Shown here: in pieces, positions 10,174 to 21,500 of the stretch
How positions within the stretch are numbered: the first letter of the stretch is position 1
Layout of the letters: every line of letters starts with the position of its first letter
Source: a virus
DNA length: 64,000 bases
Strand: one strand, 5' to 3'
Virus record (IMG/VR): IMGVR_UViG_3300037391_000010
Location: 64,001 to 128,000 of that record
Made by a program: the position numbers and the translations under genes
The notes under the pieces: model-generated
What the model was told of the DNA's origin: nothing
Database searches by the model: none
The model's input: only the letters and a program-made list of their open reading frames with translations

Positions 10174-12105
10174 ATGGCAGACGAGAAGAAACCGTACAGC
10201 AGCATTGTTGATGCATTCTTGGACGACCGCGAGCCCGAATGGAAGGACCTCGGCTTGAAGGACGCACAGGACTCGGGCGAGGAACAATTGGATCGCTCTC
10301 ACCAGTACGTCGATAAAGAGTTCATGGATGAGATCGCGGAATCCGCCTCCCACCACACTCCTCTGTGGCCTGCTCGCACTGGCTCTGCCTCGAAGAATGC
10401 TCAGCGAGACAGCCTTGAGCGTGCGCGTGGCACCCACTTAGATCGCATGGCAGCCAAGGATCAACATTTCAGCGGCGTCGGCGGTTCGGATCAGAATTGG
10501 CGTGTGCAGGCAACCCAACATCCAGAAGACTACAGCACGAAACTAGGCGACGACGATTCGTTGTTTGCCGAGGTCACGGAGACACTGGAATCGGCAGCCT
10601 CCACGGGCAAGGTTGAGAAGAAGAATGTGTCGGACGGACAGGTTTTGAAGTACGTCCACGATCTGCTCAATCAGGGTATGTCGCCTTCGAAGATCGCCGC
10701 CAAGCTGAAGAAGCTGGCTGAGATCGAGTTGTTCAATCACCAGATGGCGACTCAATACCTGCAAGAGAACGCAGGGTTGGTAGGTATGGCGTTCCTCGAA
10801 CCCAACACCTACATGGACAAGAATTCACCGACTTATGAACGAGAGAAGCACGGCAGTTCGAGCAACGAATGCGTAGCGCAGAAGACGGCATGGGACAAGG
10901 CTGGTATTAAGCCCCGAGCGGCATCCGTAAAGCAGATCAGTGCGTGCGAAGGATGCCAGTATTTCTCAAAGAATGGCAACGTTAAGTCCTGTGGTGTGTA
11001 TCACTTACCAGTGGTAGCAAACACCAAGGAGCTTACACCCATCGTGAATAAGCTCACGGCGGGCGTGCCGAACAAGCAGAAGCGGGCAGCATTGGTTCAG
11101 ATCGCTAACGGCAACGATGGCACCAAGGTTGGCTCTATGCCCCTTGCTCCGAAGTCAAGCTCCTCCATTTCCCGGCACCCGAGTCTGGGCGGCGTGGAAG
11201 CGCAGGCAAAGCGTGTGGGCCGCCAGATTGCGGCTGACTTCGACTCTTCGCACATCGCGGCGTTACACGAGAAGGGTCACTCACTGGCGGTTATCGCTCG
11301 TGCGGCTGAAAAGCGGTACGGTGCATTTGCAGCAGGCAAGGCAGTACGCGAGTTTGTAGGTAGCCTGCGACCGAACGTCAACGGACAGATTGTCATTGCG
11401 AAGGCTGATGCGGAGTTCCTCGCAAAGGCAGGACTGCATAATCAGAAGATCGTGGCAGGTGCAAAGTGTGCATCCTGTGCGACACACTCAGTAGTAGTGC
11501 AGAAGCACAAGTCGGCGTCGAATCCGAATTACGCCTCCCGTGTTCCGCACGCAGGGTTCCACGAGAGCAATCCCGATCAGGTACGCCACGCACATCGTGC
11601 GGCTGCACCTGAACTTGATGCCAGCGTCATCGAGCGGTATCACAAGAAGGGTCACTCGATGGAGAAGATTTACAAGCAGGCAGCGGCCAAGTTCGGCACC
11701 GCTCAGGCAAGCAAGGCCGTGAAGGAATTCATCGCCAGCCTGAAGCGTAAGCCGATCAAGGTTGCGTTGAGCCAGATCGACTGCACGTTCCTCAAGAACA
11801 AGCTCGCCGATCACAATCCAATTATCGGAGCACACAAGTGTGGCTCTTGCACGTATCGCAAGGGAATGCATTGCGGGCTCACGGGCGGAACTCTTTTGAG
11901 TTTCCCGGGTATGGACAAAACATCGTCCAACCACAAGGTCGGGGAAGGTGCGCCAGAGGATGGGCGTACCATTCTTGCCGAGTTTGACCTGATGCCGAAT
12001 AGCGGGCGTCCGGGCGACACAAAGATGGCCGACATCGATATGAATCCTCCTGCACGTCAAGACGTTCAGATAGGTAGCTCGTTTGAGCTAGGAGACATAG
12101 AGTAA
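10174..12105 (+). CDS. 643-aa protein with internal helical repeats and Cys-cluster (Zn-binding) motifs
   Basis: Repeated (H/Y)xKGHS...A.KAV.EF..SL units, CxxC motifs (CEGC, CASC, CGSC) and multiple K-x-A/S motifs. Confidence 0.75.
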   Translation: MADEKKPYSSIVDAFLDDREPEWKDLGLKDAQDSGEEQLDRSHQYVDKEFMDEIAESASHHTPLWPARTGSASKNAQRDSLERARGTHLDRMAAKDQHFSGVGGSDQNWRVQATQHPEDYSTKLGDDDSLFAEVTETLESAASTGKVEKKNVSDGQVLKYVHDLLNQGMSPSKIAAKLKKLAEIELFNHQMATQYLQENAGLVGMAFLEPNTYMDKNSPTYEREKHGSSSNECVAQKTAWDKAGIKPRAASVKQISACEGCQYFSKNGNVKSCGVYHLPVVANTKELTPIVNKLTAGVPNKQKRAALVQIANGNDGTKVGSMPLAPKSSSSISRHPSLGGVEAQAKRVGRQIAADFDSSHIAALHEKGHSLAVIARAAEKRYGAFAAGKAVREFVGSLRPNVNGQIVIAKADAEFLAKAGLHNQKIVAGAKCASCATHSVVVQKHKSASNPNYASRVPHAGFHESNPDQVRHAHRAAAPELDASVIERYHKKGHSMEKIYKQAAAKFGTAQASKAVKEFIASLKRKPIKVALSQIDCTFLKNKLADHNPIIGAHKCGSCTYRKGMHCGLTGGTLLSFPGMDKTSSNHKVGEGAPEDGRTILAEFDLMPNSGRPGDTKMADIDMNPPARQDVQIGSSFELGDIE

Positions 12106-12641
12106 TGGAAAACGAAACCGAACGCACAGAACTGGTGGTCGATCTGGAAGGAAAGTACAGCGAGGCGGCTAAGAAATCGAACAAGCGTGCGGAAAGTTCC
12201 AAGCTGACGGAGATTCGGACAAAGATCGAAGACCCGAATATCAGTCAGGCGGAACTCAGCAAGCTCATCGCTCTCGAAATGGCGGCGATTCTGGACGCTA
12301 TGAACGAGCATCTAGATAAACCAAATTCGGGTATCAAGGGGATGGACGCTAACATCGCCATCAAGAGCCTTGCTGAACAACTGAAGGGTGTTCGCGAACT
12401 CGGTCGTCAGATCATTGAGATGGACAACCAAGCGAAACGTGACTTCATCAACTTCGACGGCGAGAAGTTCCAGTTCGTCGCGGGCCAGTGGTTGCAGATG
12501 GGCGTTTCAGCCCTCCGTGCCATGGGCTGGGATGAACACACGGTTACCAGCTACGTCAAGCAGTTCCGTAGCCAGATCGAAATGAACGAACTCCGCATCC
12601 GTAAAGAAGCGGAAAACATCGGCACAAACAAACAGAAGTAA
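12105..12641 (+). CDS. Hypothetical helical protein
   Basis: Translationally coupled ORF (TAATG), 178 aa. Confidence 0.7.
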   Translation: MENETERTELVVDLEGKYSEAAKKSNKRAESSKLTEIRTKIEDPNISQAELSKLIALEMAAILDAMNEHLDKPNSGIKGMDANIAIKSLAEQLKGVRELGRQIIEMDNQAKRDFINFDGEKFQFVAGQWLQMGVSALRAMGWDEHTVTSYVKQFRSQIEMNELRIRKEAENIGTNKQK

Positions 12642-12656
12642 CGAAGGGGAACGAGC

Positions 12657-15600
12657 ATGGCTCAGAGCGGAAACACAGTCGCACTCAAGTCTTTCCAGTC
12701 ATTCATGGTGAACGATGGTCTTCTGTCGAAGGCTGTCGAAGCGATCAAGGCTGGCGAGAAGGAAGCCCGTAGTTCGGGCAACGTACAGTCCTTCGAAGTT
12801 TTCTACAAGGGCTTCCGTCAGAACATTGCCATCGGTCGTATCTACATCGTCCCCCCTTCCGTCGCCGACAAGAAGGGTCAGGATTTCCCGACCGCCCTGC
12901 TCTATGGCTGCCTCGTCCGCACCTTTGGTGGTGAGGAAATGGGCGACCTGATCTCTCACAAAATCGGTGATACGGAGTGGGATGAATATTCTCAGGCATC
13001 CTACGCATCAATCAAAGAAGAGTTGTTCGGCACCGAGGATGGCAAATTCGCTTCCCTCATCCTGTACGCCCCCAACTGGGTCAACAAGCGCGAATATCAG
13101 GGTTTCCAGTTCCCGAAAGACGACAACCAGCTTTCGAACCTGACCCGCCACGTGATCTTCAGTTCGTACTTCGACCCACGTCTGTCCAGCGCGTTCGACG
13201 CCCTGATGACCGATGTGGAAACGTCCAAGTTCGATGTAACCGACATCACGCCGAAGCTGAACCACCCCGCGTTGGCTGAGAACCCGTTGAAAGAGTTCCC
13301 GTTGCTGACCAAGGAGGGCTCGAAGAAAAAGCCTCGCCTCGGCCTGACCTTCAAGACCGCCGACGAAGTTACCAAGGAAGTGCTCGAACCTCAGGAGATG
13401 GATGTATTCGACTCTTTGGATCAGGCTCTCCGCAACAGCCTCCTGCCGAGCGGCACCAAGGGCGTTGAAGACGCTTCCGAGGGCAAGGCTCCGACAAAGG
13501 GCGAAGTTGTCCCGCGTCTCGCGGCTGTCGAATGCGACAAGTGCGAAGGTGACGGCTGCAAGTTCTGCAACAAGGGTGTCAAGAAAGGTTCCGCCACGGC
13601 GGTATTCGAGACCCCGATCACGAATGTGGGCCCCGGCACCGAAGCTCACGACGAAGCTAATCAGCGCACCGAAGGCTATAAGGCTGAGAAGGACACGCCG
13701 AAGACTGTTATCAACAGCGCACCAATCGGCATCGCTCTCGACGAGACTGGCGTACCACGCCGTGCTGAGGAAGAGCGTAAGGAAAAGTCCGCCACAACCA
13801 AAGTAGCACATGGCTACATCGCTTTCTACGGCGGGCGGCGTGTGGAAATCCACGCTGACTCCCTCTATGGGGCGAAGCTGAAAGCCATCGAGATGTTGAA
13901 GGTTCCGAAATCCAAGCAGGGCTTGCTCGCTGTTGAGCTTGCCGAGAAGGACGGAGAACAGGTCACCACGACGATCACTTCCGCCGACAAGCAGGCGAAG
14001 CGCGTCGAGGGTCTCACTTGTACGGGGGATGTCGAACGTCTCGCGGCACAAACTAAGAAGGGTGATCTAAGCGCATCCGCTAGTGCAGCTTTTGATGAAG
14101 TTCGCACATCGGGCAGTGGAAAGGCTTTGGATGAACACAAAGCTCGTATGAGAGAGTACGCCGCCAGCATGGGTCAGGACAATCAGGCTCATCACGCAGT
14201 AGCCGACCACAAGAAAGAGATTGCCGCAGGTAAGCACGGGCCGACTCCGCTGTCGATCTCCTCTTCGAAGCACAAGATCGCCTATGTTTCTCACGTTCCG
14301 GGTCACACTAACTCCAAAGGCGAAGCTGCTCCATGGGTTATCAAGCAGCACGACACGGACAAGATTCTCGAAAGTTTCAAGTCCGAAGGGGCTGCCAAAG
14401 AGGGCTTGAAGAACATGGAATCCCACAAGGGTTCCGCCGAGAACGACCCTCAGGCTGTTCGCGATCACATCAAGAAGAACGTCAGTCAGGCTCGTCAGGG
14501 TCAGGACGCTTTGAAGGATCACCACGCATCCTTCGACGCCGCCAAGTGGGGCGGACTGGGCAAGAAGCAGGCTTCTTCCCTGTGGGTTGGTACTGCCAAG
14601 AAGGTTGCCGCTGACTTCGACAACTTCACCCGTGGTTATATCGAGACCGCTCTGTGGTCTTCGAATGATGAGTCCGATCCAAGCGGCGGACAGCCGTTGG
14701 ATCAGAACTACGATATCCGCGATCTATCGCCGTCCTGCTTGAAGGCGATGAGCGAGGATTGTGCACAGTTCCAAGCGGAGAACGCAGAGCTTTTGGCTGC
14801 GGCATCCGAACAGGATGGTCAGGACGATTTCCGTCAGGGCAATGATTTCTGGCTCACCCGCTGCGGTCATGGTGCGGGCTACTGGGATGGCGATTACCCG
14901 ACAACGGGCGATGGCTTGACCGAGGCTTCCAAGGCTTGGGGCAACGTGGACATTTACGTCGGTGACGATGACATGATTTACCAGTTCGGAGCAGAAGACG
15001 CTGGCGAACGTGACCTCGGACAGGATCAAAAGGGTGGGCAGGTTCCGCCCGTGATCTCCTCCAAGAAAGCGTCCAAGAAGACCTCCTCGCAAAACGATGC
15101 GTCCTACATTGCCAGTTTGATTGGCGGTGGGTTTGGCGGCGAAGACTACGATGCTCGTTCGCAGCACTCCCGCACGGCTGCTCAGAAGCGTGAGGAAGAG
15201 ATGGCTCGTAAGTATTCCTCTCAGCGTAAGAAGTTCGCCGACGTTCCTCAGGACATCGACGATATCTGGTCTGAGACGATGGAAGACATGGGGCCTGCGC
15301 CTGAGATCAGACTTCCGGGCGAAAGCAAGGACAACGAAAAGTCCACCACGGGGGAACACGAGATTGAAGCTCCCGAGATGAGCGCGGATTCACGAAGCGA
15401 CGTTCCCGAGCAGGTCAAGGGCGATCAGGAAGAGCCGACCGTGGAGGTTGAAGAGGCTCTTGAGAACGACACCACCAAGTCCGAAGAGGACGAGCCGAGC
15501 ACTGGCGAAGGTGGGGCATCGGCAGACTCCGAGGAAACTTCGTCCGAGGGCGAATCTGAAGAGAAGTCCGAGGGTGATTCCAAGTCCGAATGGGCGAAGA

Positions 15601-18572
15601 ACCGCACCAAGGGCAAGTCCGAAAAGAAGGACGAGCCGAAGGAAGAAGAATCCAAGACGGCGGGCCGCAACGCCAGACCACGCGAGCGCGAGCGTGTAAA
15701 GTGCGACCAGTGTGAGATGCTGAGTATCAACGGTACGGCGACCCACGAAACGGGCTGCCCAAACCAGAATTCCCGCTGGGATGCTGACCGACAGGATTGG
15801 GTAAAGCAGCGTCGTTGCGGCGAATGCGGCATGGACGTTGACGCCGATGATCCGTGTTGTTCTGCGGAACCTGACTTCGACAACGGTTACGACGAAAACG
15901 ATGAGCATTTTGGTGGGCTCGATGCTATCCTCGCTGACGACACCGATGCAGTAATGGAGCAGGCGGAAGAAGCCGCAACAGCAGCCCCCGCAATATTCTA
16001 TGAGTGCGGAGCCTGCGGCGGCGTGCACCCGTCCTTGGAGACTTCCGAAAGGCTCGGTCTCGGTTGGAACGGTGATTGTCGTGATGAGGTTGGTCACTTC
16101 GAAGACAGCGACGTTCCTTACGGAGACAACACTCAGTTCGTCACCTTGGAAGAGCAGATGGCTCCAGACTTCGATGACGCGATTCTGGCGTCTAAGACTG
16201 CGGACTATGCCGAGGGCGACCTTGAAACTTACTTCGACGAAGGAAAGACGGCGGATTACGCCGAGGGCGATCTCGAAACCTACTTCGATGAGGGGAAGAC
16301 GGCAGACTACGCCGAAGATGATTTTGCATCTTACTTCGGAGAGGAAAAATCGGCGGGACGTTCCACCACACCGAAGTACGTCATTCGTATTCCGGGTTCG
16401 ACCGATGCGGCATGGAATGTGACTGGTTACGGACAACAGCGTGGTGCGGGCCAGCCAAACCAAGCGAACCTCGCACGGTACATGGAAGCTCTCTTGAAGA
16501 GCATGGAACCGGGCGGGCACAACGAGCATTTGGTGGGTCATTTCGACCCATCCGAAGCTGCGGTTTATCGCAACGACGGCACCTACAAGAACCCGTTGGC
16601 TACATGGTCGAAGGGTGAAGCGAAGCAGGGTGCGGATGTCTCGGGCGATTTCTCGGAAGCGCATTCCGAGGTTGACAGCCCAGACACCGTGGATCAGGAC
16701 ATCAAGCAGCCGACCGAATCGGTAGGCGAAGCTGGTAAGAGAAAGAACGCTGATGTGGCGGAAGAAACCAAGGAAGAGCGGGCGAAACGTCTGGAAGATC
16801 AGCGTCAGCGCGATGCTCGTGAACTGACACGTCGCAAGGCGGCTGACATCTCGGGGGACATCTCTGAGGCTGAGTCGAACACGGAAAGCCCTGACGGGGT
16901 GGACGCCGACATTAAGCAGCCTACGGTTTCGGTTCCCGAAGCGGCACGCAAGAACGCTAAGGTGGGATTCACGTTCAACGGACAGCATCGTGAAGCTTCC
17001 TTTAGCGATCTCACACAGGCGGGGAAGTTCATAGCGGTAGCATCGGCCAAGTTTGGAAAGTTGGCTGGTGACTGGACAATAAATGCAGCCGATGACGACG
17101 ATGCGGCAGAGGATCAGTCCGCTGATCCGAAGAAGCCCGCTAAAGCTGAACCAGCCGACGCAGAACCCGCTGAAGCTGAAGACAAACCAGCAGATGACGC
17201 GGCACCCGATGCTGAAGCTGAGGACAAGCCAACCGAACAGACTGATGAAACAAAGGGCAAGAACAAGCCCGCTGAGACACCTGCGGCGGATGCGAAAGCT
17301 CCAGCAGCGGCTCCCGCTGCGCCTGCGGCAGCACCAGCAGTTCCAGCAGCACCAGCCCCAGCAGCCGTAGCAGCCCCAGCGGGTGCGGGTGGAAACGGAA
17401 CTTCGGAAACTTCTGGCAACGAAACATCGACCGAAACTGGCGGCTCAAGTCCGGGTGGTGCATCAACTGGCGGCGTAGGTAGCGGCATGGGTGGTGCGGG
17501 TACTGGCGGGGCTGGCACAGGCGGGGCCGCTACTAGCACGGGCACAGGCGGTGCAGGCACAGGCGGAACCGTGAGCATCGCACCAACAAGCACGAACTCG
17601 GCGGGCGGTGATGAGGGCGGCGAAGGTGGTGAAGGTCAGGGCGGCGGGGCGAAAGACAAAACCCCAACCATCATCATTTACAACGGCGGCACGGGCGGTG
17701 CATCTACCGTCGATACTGACAGCGGTTCTGGACCGGGCGGCGATGGGCCGGGTTCTGACGGAACTGGCGGCACGGGCGAAGGCTCGGGTGGTGGTGGAGG
17801 CGGCGGCGGTGGACGTGGAACTCCACGCAACCCCGAACAGGCAGCGGATGCCGTATCTCCGGGCGTTGATAGCGATAATAGGCAGCAAGGTGATTTGGCT
17901 AAGCCACAGGGCAACCAATCAAAGGGTAAGCCTTTGGCAACGAAGCCTGAATCACAAGACGATCAGTTAAAAGGCAATGATGAGCCTTCGGCAGAGAAAC
18001 CAGAACTTCGTGGTGACGCACCTGTGAAGCCACAGAAGCCTGAGCCTCCGCACGAGGACGAGGCCGACACGAAAGAAGCTGCCGCAGGAATGCCAGCCGA
18101 AGTCGGGGAATTCCCGTATGTCGAAACGCTGGTAGGTATGGGCTGGAGCGACGAGGGCGATCCGGGGCACTTCATGCTCAATGATAGTCGCGTCGAAGTC
18201 CTGACGTACACCGATGGCTACGAAGTATACGTAGACGGCGAACTGTACGAGTCGGGCGATAACGTGGATGAACTTCAGAACACGCTGGAACTCGTTGCCG
18301 AACTTGGCACCGATGCATTAAATGCACATCAGGCAGCCGACCCCAGCGGGTATGCTCCGATGGATGCCGAATCTGCTCCCGAGAGTGATAAGGGCGGCGG
18401 TGGGGGCGGTCTTGCGGGACTAGCGGACATGGCCGAAGAGGTAGCACCCCTGTTAGCCTCTGAAAAAGAGGCATGTGCGGGCTACGGTGATGAAGAAGAC
18501 GAAGAACGTCCATTCGATCTCGGTATCGGTGATCTGGCGGACATAGTTGTGGAGACGGAAGATGCCAATTAG
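12657..18572 (+). CDS. 1971-aa acidic multi-module protein with many K-x-A linkers (putative processed internal head protein/polyprotein)
   Basis: Long ORF. Small globular and Zn-finger modules alternate with acidic, Gly-rich or Ala/Pro-rich spacers. KTA, KSA, KVA, KQA, KIA, KFA, KNA, KLA and KEA occur at module boundaries. Confidence 0.8.
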   Translation: MAQSGNTVALKSFQSFMVNDGLLSKAVEAIKAGEKEARSSGNVQSFEVFYKGFRQNIAIGRIYIVPPSVADKKGQDFPTALLYGCLVRTFGGEEMGDLISHKIGDTEWDEYSQASYASIKEELFGTEDGKFASLILYAPNWVNKREYQGFQFPKDDNQLSNLTRHVIFSSYFDPRLSSAFDALMTDVETSKFDVTDITPKLNHPALAENPLKEFPLLTKEGSKKKPRLGLTFKTADEVTKEVLEPQEMDVFDSLDQALRNSLLPSGTKGVEDASEGKAPTKGEVVPRLAAVECDKCEGDGCKFCNKGVKKGSATAVFETPITNVGPGTEAHDEANQRTEGYKAEKDTPKTVINSAPIGIALDETGVPRRAEEERKEKSATTKVAHGYIAFYGGRRVEIHADSLYGAKLKAIEMLKVPKSKQGLLAVELAEKDGEQVTTTITSADKQAKRVEGLTCTGDVERLAAQTKKGDLSASASAAFDEVRTSGSGKALDEHKARMREYAASMGQDNQAHHAVADHKKEIAAGKHGPTPLSISSSKHKIAYVSHVPGHTNSKGEAAPWVIKQHDTDKILESFKSEGAAKEGLKNMESHKGSAENDPQAVRDHIKKNVSQARQGQDALKDHHASFDAAKWGGLGKKQASSLWVGTAKKVAADFDNFTRGYIETALWSSNDESDPSGGQPLDQNYDIRDLSPSCLKAMSEDCAQFQAENAELLAAASEQDGQDDFRQGNDFWLTRCGHGAGYWDGDYPTTGDGLTEASKAWGNVDIYVGDDDMIYQFGAEDAGERDLGQDQKGGQVPPVISSKKASKKTSSQNDASYIASLIGGGFGGEDYDARSQHSRTAAQKREEEMARKYSSQRKKFADVPQDIDDIWSETMEDMGPAPEIRLPGESKDNEKSTTGEHEIEAPEMSADSRSDVPEQVKGDQEEPTVEVEEALENDTTKSEEDEPSTGEGGASADSEETSSEGESEEKSEGDSKSEWAKNRTKGKSEKKDEPKEEESKTAGRNARPRERERVKCDQCEMLSINGTATHETGCPNQNSRWDADRQDWVKQRRCGECGMDVDADDPCCSAEPDFDNGYDENDEHFGGLDAILADDTDAVMEQAEEAATAAPAIFYECGACGGVHPSLETSERLGLGWNGDCRDEVGHFEDSDVPYGDNTQFVTLEEQMAPDFDDAILASKTADYAEGDLETYFDEGKTADYAEGDLETYFDEGKTADYAEDDFASYFGEEKSAGRSTTPKYVIRIPGSTDAAWNVTGYGQQRGAGQPNQANLARYMEALLKSMEPGGHNEHLVGHFDPSEAAVYRNDGTYKNPLATWSKGEAKQGADVSGDFSEAHSEVDSPDTVDQDIKQPTESVGEAGKRKNADVAEETKEERAKRLEDQRQRDARELTRRKAADISGDISEAESNTESPDGVDADIKQPTVSVPEAARKNAKVGFTFNGQHREASFSDLTQAGKFIAVASAKFGKLAGDWTINAADDDDAAEDQSADPKKPAKAEPADAEPAEAEDKPADDAAPDAEAEDKPTEQTDETKGKNKPAETPAADAKAPAAAPAAPAAAPAVPAAPAPAAVAAPAGAGGNGTSETSGNETSTETGGSSPGGASTGGVGSGMGGAGTGGAGTGGAATSTGTGGAGTGGTVSIAPTSTNSAGGDEGGEGGEGQGGGAKDKTPTIIIYNGGTGGASTVDTDSGSGPGGDGPGSDGTGGTGEGSGGGGGGGGGRGTPRNPEQAADAVSPGVDSDNRQQGDLAKPQGNQSKGKPLATKPESQDDQLKGNDEPSAEKPELRGDAPVKPQKPEPPHEDEADTKEAAAGMPAEVGEFPYVETLVGMGWSDEGDPGHFMLNDSRVEVLTYTDGYEVYVDGELYESGDNVDELQNTLELVAELGTDALNAHQAADPSGYAPMDAESAPESDKGGGGGGLAGLADMAEEVAPLLASEKEACAGYGDEEDEERPFDLGIGDLADIVVETEDAN
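16194..16346 (+). repeat. In-frame 51-bp tandem repeat x3 encoding KTADYAEGDLETYFDEG (third copy diverged)
   Basis: Directly visible. The first two units differ at synonymous positions. Confidence 0.9.
16630..16960 (+). repeat. Two copies of a ~40-aa unit (AD(V/I)SGD.SEA.S...SPD.VD.DIKQPT.SV.EA..(.)KNA)
   Basis: Seen in the translation of the 1971-aa ORF. Confidence 0.75.
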
Positions 18573-21500
18573 CATTGAGAGGTTGCAGGCTGCCGCTCGC
18601 AGGGTTGGGGCGGACATCATGCACAGTGACGACGATCTGTCTCAGAAGCTCGAAACGGCGACCCCCTCGGCGGCGGAAGCTGGGCCGAGCCACGATGAGT
18701 TGGTTGAGAATTCCCACGACGAAAGCGGGATCAGCGTAATCGACGGAGAAATCCGTCCGCCTGAACGTCAGAATGTTTCAGCCGTCCGCGATGCCATTGA
18801 AGCGCAAGCTGAGATGGAAATCGGTAAATCCATCGGAGAGAAAGAAGAAGAGATGGAGGCTCGTGGCGACGGCCCTTACGGAGACAAGGAAGTCAAGGAC
18901 ACCACGACAACGACCATTGATGCTAAGCCCGGAAAGCAGATCATCATCAACATCGCAAAGGAAGTAGATCGAGGAATTTCGGTCGCTCCAACGCAAGCTA
19001 AGGGGATCGGCGGCGAGAAACAGCATCCGAGAGAAAATACCTCAAGCAATGGTATGTTTGGGGGTACGAGCTTGTCAGCAACCCCGAATTTTGAAAAGCA
19101 CTCCGAGGAGGGCACTCCAAGTCCCGATGTAGTTGCTCGGGTTCGCGGTCAGTACACATCTGGCATGGGGCGCAAGTCCTGCATGGAGCACTTCAAGATC
19201 ACCGAACAGCAGCTTGATGACATCCTCAGCGGGAAGTACGGCAAGGGAAAGATCGCCACATACCACGAACTCAAGGCGGCGTTTACCAAGAACGCACGTT
19301 TGTTCAACGAGACGGAACTCAGGCTGGCTGGGCAGGAATACCTGCACATGGTTCGTACCGCCGCGATTGGCGTGGCGCAGGGTCAAGACGAGCAGGGGTT
19401 CCACATGCTGCTGAACATGAATGGGCGTGAGTATGTCCTTCGTGGGGCGGATGCAGACAGTTTCCGTAAGGAGTACGCCGCGATTCCAAAACCCGAAGTG
19501 GCAGTCAACAAGCTTGTCGAAAAGTATCTATGGAAGATGCAGCCGTACCAGAAGCAGACCATTCAGCACCCACCGTCTGAAACGAAGCAAGACTCCAACA
19601 GTCAGGCTCTTCGTCGTCAGCGGTCAGAAGGATTGGCGGATGCCGATGCGTACTGGGGCGGCAAGGAAAAGGGACAGAACGATTACAAGCGGTACATGAC
19701 GCAGCACGCCTCAACCAAAATAGCCGCTGAGTCATACGCAGAGTACCAGAAGTTGGTACAGGAGCGTAGCCAGATCATCTCTCAGAACCGTAGCCGTCAG
19801 ATGAAAGGCCAGCCGCCCGCACCAGTGCCGCCGAAGCCCCAGCCGCCGATGGTTCCAGTGGCGTATGCGGCAGATGGGACGTATGAGGGTCGGCTGCAAG
19901 ACCCAGCAGATTGTCCGCCGGGTTGCAAGGTGAAGTGGGAGCCCGCTAAGGGAGCCAGCATGATGACCTTGGCTAAGATTGCAGGCGACTATTTTGGCTA
20001 CGATGACTGGATCACAGGTCACACTGCCCTGATGATTAACAATGACTCGGCTGGACTTACGACGCTGCACAACTTGACTCGCAGTGCCCTGAAGAAGAAA
20101 ATGACACCGAAGCAGTTGGCGGGTCAGTTTGCAAAGTTCTTCAAGAAGTTCGGCGAACAGAGCAAGAAGTTCTACGCGGAGAACGCTGAGAATGCCCGTG
20201 GGGAACGCGGGAAGCATGAGCGTGAGCAACTCGAAGGTGTGGTTAAGGCACCGAGCGGCGACAAGGCTCGCGATTTTGTCGATAGTCTGACCAACATGTG
20301 GTACGATGCGGGTGGACAGAGCGATTGGGAACAGCCGTCGAATGAAGTCAACTGGGAAGAGATCGCCACTGCGGAGATGGAATCCGAGCGTGCGGAGAAC
20401 CCAGACAAGTATCCGCAAACGAACAAGGAAGATGATAAGTTCATGGAAGGTGTGGGGATGAAAATGGAATCACTCAGAACAGCAACGGCAGTATTAGCAA
20501 GGGTCGCCGCCATGAGCGTAGGCGACAAACATCAGCTTCGCATCGCCATTGACTCCCTCAAGATGAACCCAGCTATGCTGGGCGTCATGGGTGGGCCAAG
20601 CAGAGAAGAAGCTTTGGAAATCTTAGCTAAGCACGATTTACGCTGGGACGAAACGGGGGGTAGGGTGATAAAAGCAAACGATAAGAAAGCTGCCGCTGGC
20701 TGTGACTGGCAAACTGAGTACGGAATGGGCGCTGGCGATGCTCGCTGTGGGCAGCCGACCACTGGCAATTCTCCGTGGTGTGCCGAGCACATTCAAGAGG
20801 CGAAGGACAACTACCCGCAACACGCCCTCCCAACCAAGAACGGCGGCGAGGGTGCGGTTAAGACCCCCGAAGAGATTGAAAAGGAAGCTGGCTTCAATTT
20901 TTTCTTCCCCGGTCAGGTACTCCGCGAAGTCGCTCCCGAGATGCAGCACGAACTCGTAGACTACCCCAACCAGACCAACACCCCGATGCAGTATCCTGAC
21001 ATCGTTGGCGACAGGGAAGAGGTTCCAGAAGAGATGGCTCTTGCAGCCGCTCTCGATGGCGCTCTCGACACAACTATCATCGCCTATGTGAGCACCAGTC
21101 CCGCCGCTGCCGCTGGTATCGGTCGCGATGGCAAGTCCGAAGTGCTTGAAGGTGCCCCGCTCCGCAAGGAAAACGATATCCGTGGTTTGATGTTCACGGA
21201 CGAGTTCTACGGTCAGCAAAGCGGCGTACCGGGTGCGGCATTTGCTTCGCAGGCCAAAGCCGCAGGATTTGCACGTCCGGGTTCGGCGTTCAAATACCTG
21301 AAGAGCCTCAAGCTGGGCAAGACCGCAGGTGCGGACGAAGCCAAGCAATTCTCGATCTTCCTTCAGTACGTTTGCGGTGAGATCGCGGCTACTCTCGTGG
21401 CGCTGTTCAAGGTCACCTATCGTCCGATGCTGAACCAAGTTCCGGGCAAGGGTGAGATTCAACTGGCTCAGGTCGAACAGCCGCAGGGTTTGTCGAGCTT

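Noticed and set aside
12105-12641. Terminase small subunit
   Set aside because: Size and helicity fit, but there is no recognisable motif and the gene is not adjacent to terL.
16194-16346. CRISPR array
   Set aside because: The repeats are contiguous, in-frame, coding and synonymously diverged, with no spacers. No array was seen elsewhere in the window.
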